A stretch of DNA of 20,643 nucleotides from Spirochaetota bacterium. GTDB lineage: Bacteria; Spirochaetota; UBA4802; UBA5550. Of the stretch, positions 18,565-20,643 are shown in pieces (the stretch's first letter is position 1; every line of letters begins with the position of its first letter). The notes under the pieces were generated by a model. That model made no database searches. It had not been told where the DNA came from and worked only from the letters and a program-made list of their open reading frames with translations. Position numbers and translations under genes: made by a program. The stretch covers positions 1-20,643 of the forward strand of contig JBNKTL010000063.1 of the NCBI GenBank assembly GCA_050298055.1, in the 5' to 3' direction.

Positions 18565-19662
18565 TTACAGGGGGCTTTTAACCTTTACCAACCCGGATTT
18601 TGCTACCTTTGTATAAATAGTTGTAGTACTGATATTTTTGTGCCCCAGGAGGTTCTGGATATAGCGGATCGAAATCCCGTTTTCCATAAGGTGAGTGGCA
18701 AAGCAGTGCCGCAAATCATGGGGTGTCAGATGCAGAGAGAGCCCGGCCTTCTTCACGGCGTTTTCAAGGACCTTCTGGACTGTCCTTCCTGATATATGCT
18801 TTTGCGACCCTGGTTCCGAGTAGTGGACCGGTGTGAAGATAAAATCCTTCGCACTTTTTCCCAGCATACAGAACCTGAGACCCTCCTCCAGGGACCGGGA
18901 AAAGATGGTGATCCTGTCTTTACGCCCTTTCCCTCCGCGTACATGTATTGTAAGGCTTTCAAGATCAAGATCGGATATCCTGAGACTAACAAGCTCTGAA
19001 AGCCGGAGTCCTGACGCATAGAGGAGACCGATCATGGTCCTGTGCCGGGTGTTGCTTATGGAGTCCAGGATTTTCATGATCTGGTTCCGCGTTGCCACCG
19101 ACGGAAGATGACGGGGGCTTTTCATCCCTTCCAGAAAGGAGAGGTCCAGGGTACGGCGAAGGACCCGGGAAAAATAGAGTTTCAGGGATGAACGGCATAT
19201 TCGGACAAGTGAAGGTGAGAGCCCCCGGTCATCAATGAGTTCCAGAAAAAACTTCCGGGCATCGGCCGCGGTAATGCAGTCAATGGGTTTGCCGGTATTG
19301 GAGAGACACCATTTATTGGCCCGGCCTAATGCTCCCATATATGCCTTTATGGTCCGGGGAGAATAGCGTTTAAGTACCATGACTTCCCTGAATTCCCCTG
19401 AACGGGGAGGAGACCCGGCCCCCTGTATTGGTTGTGGACCAGCTTGAGGCCCTTTCTGAAAATGCCCCTCCAGCTTTGTAAACACATAACGAGGAACACC
19501 CAGATCCTGTAAAAAGTATTTTTTTATAGCCCTGAAATCATTCACGGTGATTGTACTGGAGTATTCTTTGAAAAAATCCTCAATATCTTTGTTTGATATA
19601 TACTTCGGATCACCTTTATAGCCGTATTCCTTCAGAAGCATATCCAGCATCCGGTTTGACAT
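18565..19662 (-). CDS. integron-integrase-like tyrosine recombinase (SAM-like N-domain + catalytic domain), lacking the IntI-specific insertion
   Basis: Catalytic R220 (LLYASGLR), K245 (GGKGRKDR), H315/R318 (HDLRH), H341 (LLGH), Y350. 'YSPRTIKAY' N-domain and IntI-like C-terminus 'VKSPL'. GGGAGG RBS upstream of 19662. Divergent from the cassette array. Confidence 0.88.
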   Translation of the reverse strand: MSNRMLDMLLKEYGYKGDPKYISNKDIEDFFKEYSSTITVNDFRAIKKYFLQDLGVPRYVFTKLEGHFQKGPQAGPQPIQGAGSPPRSGEFREVMVLKRYSPRTIKAYMGALGRANKWCLSNTGKPIDCITAADARKFFLELIDDRGLSPSLVRICRSSLKLYFSRVLRRTLDLSFLEGMKSPRHLPSVATRNQIMKILDSISNTRHRTMIGLLYASGLRLSELVSLRISDLDLESLTIHVRGGKGRKDRITIFSRSLEEGLRFCMLGKSAKDFIFTPVHYSEPGSQKHISGRTVQKVLENAVKKAGLSLHLTPHDLRHCFATHLMENGISIRYIQNLLGHKNISTTTIYTKVAKSGLVKVKSPL

Positions 19663-19811
19663 AAATTTTACCTCCCTATCTGTAATAACAACTGCATAAT
19701 AAAATGCATCTACATGTTAATACGAACGGGAGTCGCATATCATAAAATTTTTTTTGTTAAAATGTATTTTTTTCTTCACATATCATGAGGTTTATAGGAG
19801 TATATCGCAAT

Positions 19812-19831
19812 TCAGATAAGTATAGTTTATC
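19812..19831 (+). other. putative attI-like recombination site (crossover G/TT at 19825/19826)
   Basis: Identity with the third cassette begins exactly at G19825 (GTTTATC) and no attC body lies upstream. The site is 163 nt from the integrase start and reads AGATAA-GTATA-GTTTATCT, similar to a simple site. Confidence 0.55.
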
Positions 19832-20194
19832 TCAATAAATTCAATCTATTATTCTGATCAAGAACTATTATACTCCGCATAAACAAGAAAAAGAAATAAA
19901 GAGTTATATAAAAATTTTGGTTTTTAGTGTTAGACAATGCCTTATCAATTGATATAGTCATTATCAGCTCATTGAAGTTGATTAAAAAAGAGTTATAATA
20001 TTTTTTCCACGCATTTGAATTTACTGCGATAAACTAAGCTTAACCGCTTGCGCTCCTCGGCGCAAAAGGCCGCGCCTGCGGTGCTCGGCCTGCGGCACAT
20101 TGCCCATTGTTGCTTTCTAAAAACTTGTTGCAAAATGAACTGGTTCCTTTTAAGTACATTATGGAATCATGGCAACGTCGGCTAAGCTTTGACG
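19826..20194 (+). mobile_element. gene-less integron-like cassette A (369 bp)
   Basis: Begins (G)TTTATC and its attC starts with the complementary GATAAAC. About 200 bp of AT-rich body, no ORF of 60 aa or more. Confidence 0.75.
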
Positions 20195-20200
20195 TTATGT
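20028..20200 (+). repeat. attC-like site 1 (173 nt)
   Basis: GATAAAC-T-AAGCTTAACCG ... CGGCTAAGCTT-TGAC-GTTATGT. AAC/GTT ends, terminal inverted arms, homologous to site 2. Confidence 0.8.
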
Positions 20201-20567
20201 GTCATAAATTCAACCAATTATACTAAGCAAGAATAATTATAGTCCGCATGAACAAGAAAAAGAAATAAAGAGTTATAATATTTTAGTTTTGAGTGTTAAA
20301 TAATGCTTTAGCAACTAATGTGGTCATTATCCGCTAATTGAAGTTGATTATAAAAAGAGTTATAAGAGTTATTATAATTTTTTGCACGCATTTGAATTTA
20401 CGACACATAACTAAGCTTAGCCGCTCCGCTCCTCGGTCGAAGACTCCCTGCGGTGCTCGGCCTTCGGCATATTGCCCATTGTTGCTTTCTAAAATTATTG
20501 TTGCAAAATAAATCCAGCTCTTTTAAAAACATTTAAGAATCCTGGCAACATCGGCTAAGCTTTAACG
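20195..20567 (+). mobile_element. gene-less integron-like cassette B (373 bp), diverged paralogue of A
   Basis: Begins (G)TTATGT and its attC starts with the complementary ACATAAC. The body aligns with cassette A along its length. Confidence 0.75.
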
Positions 20568-20573
20568 TTTATC
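20405..20573 (+). repeat. attC-like site 2 (169 nt)
   Basis: ACATAAC-T-AAGCTTAGCCG ... CGGCTAAGCTT-TAAC-GTTTATC, with perfect 11-bp inverted arms. Confidence 0.8.
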
Positions 20574-20643
20574 TCAATAAATTCAATCTATTATTCTGAT
20601 CAAGAACTATTATACTCCGCATAAACAAGAAAAAGAAATAAAG
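20568..20643 (+). mobile_element. third cassette, partial; identical to the start of cassette A
   Basis: 20567-20643 equals 19825-19901 over all 77 nt. Confidence 0.75.

Noticed and set aside
18565..19662. Calling the recombinase XerC/XerD or a prophage integrase
   Set aside because: The 'YSPRTIKAY' N-domain, 'KSPL' tail and adjacent cassette array fit an IntI-like enzyme better. No phage genes or tRNA attachment site are nearby.
19690..19740. LexA/SOS box upstream of the recombinase (CGAACGGGAGTCG; TGCAT-N6-ATGCA)
   Set aside because: It matches neither CTG-N10-CAG nor GAAC-N4-GTTC well enough. The palindrome may be an operator but is unsupported.
19827..19961. 44-aa minus-strand ORF in cassette A (MTISIDKALSNTKNQNFYITLYFFFLFMRSIIVLDQNNRLNLLR) ending at the cassette boundary
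   Set aside because: The equivalent frame in paralogous cassette B has two in-frame stops (TAA at 20283-85, TAG at 20223-25) and there is no clear RBS. Not supported as a gene, though a small peptide from A cannot be excluded.
19825..20643. CRISPR array interpretation of the terminal repeats
   Set aside because: Repeat units are about 170 nt with homologous ~200-nt intervening segments, not 25-45 nt repeats with unique spacers. No cas genes are present.

Overview
Bacterial chromosomal window, probably from a diderm, spirochaete-like organism (inferred only from protein architectures). Left to right: the 5' part of an IS3-family element; a cereblon/CULT-domain gene; an NDP-sugar 4-epimerase and an HDOD protein; a Pel-type exopolysaccharide locus (pelD-E-F-G on the minus strand, divergent from a TPR/SLH lipoprotein, a 1670-aa TPR + beta-barrel + FlgD-Ig + OmpA-like protein and a DUF2194/PelA-type deacetylase); and a Phd/VapC toxin-antitoxin pair. 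The window ends in an integron-like system, its most unusual part. An IntI-like tyrosine recombinase that lacks the IntI-specific insertion and has an apparent duplicated N-terminal module sits divergent from an array of about 370-bp, gene-less, mutually homologous cassettes (order A-B-A). The cassettes are separated by atypical ~170-nt attC-like sites, and the two ends of each cassette co-vary as 20-bp inverted repeats. All family assignments come from motif reading by eye; no searches were run.
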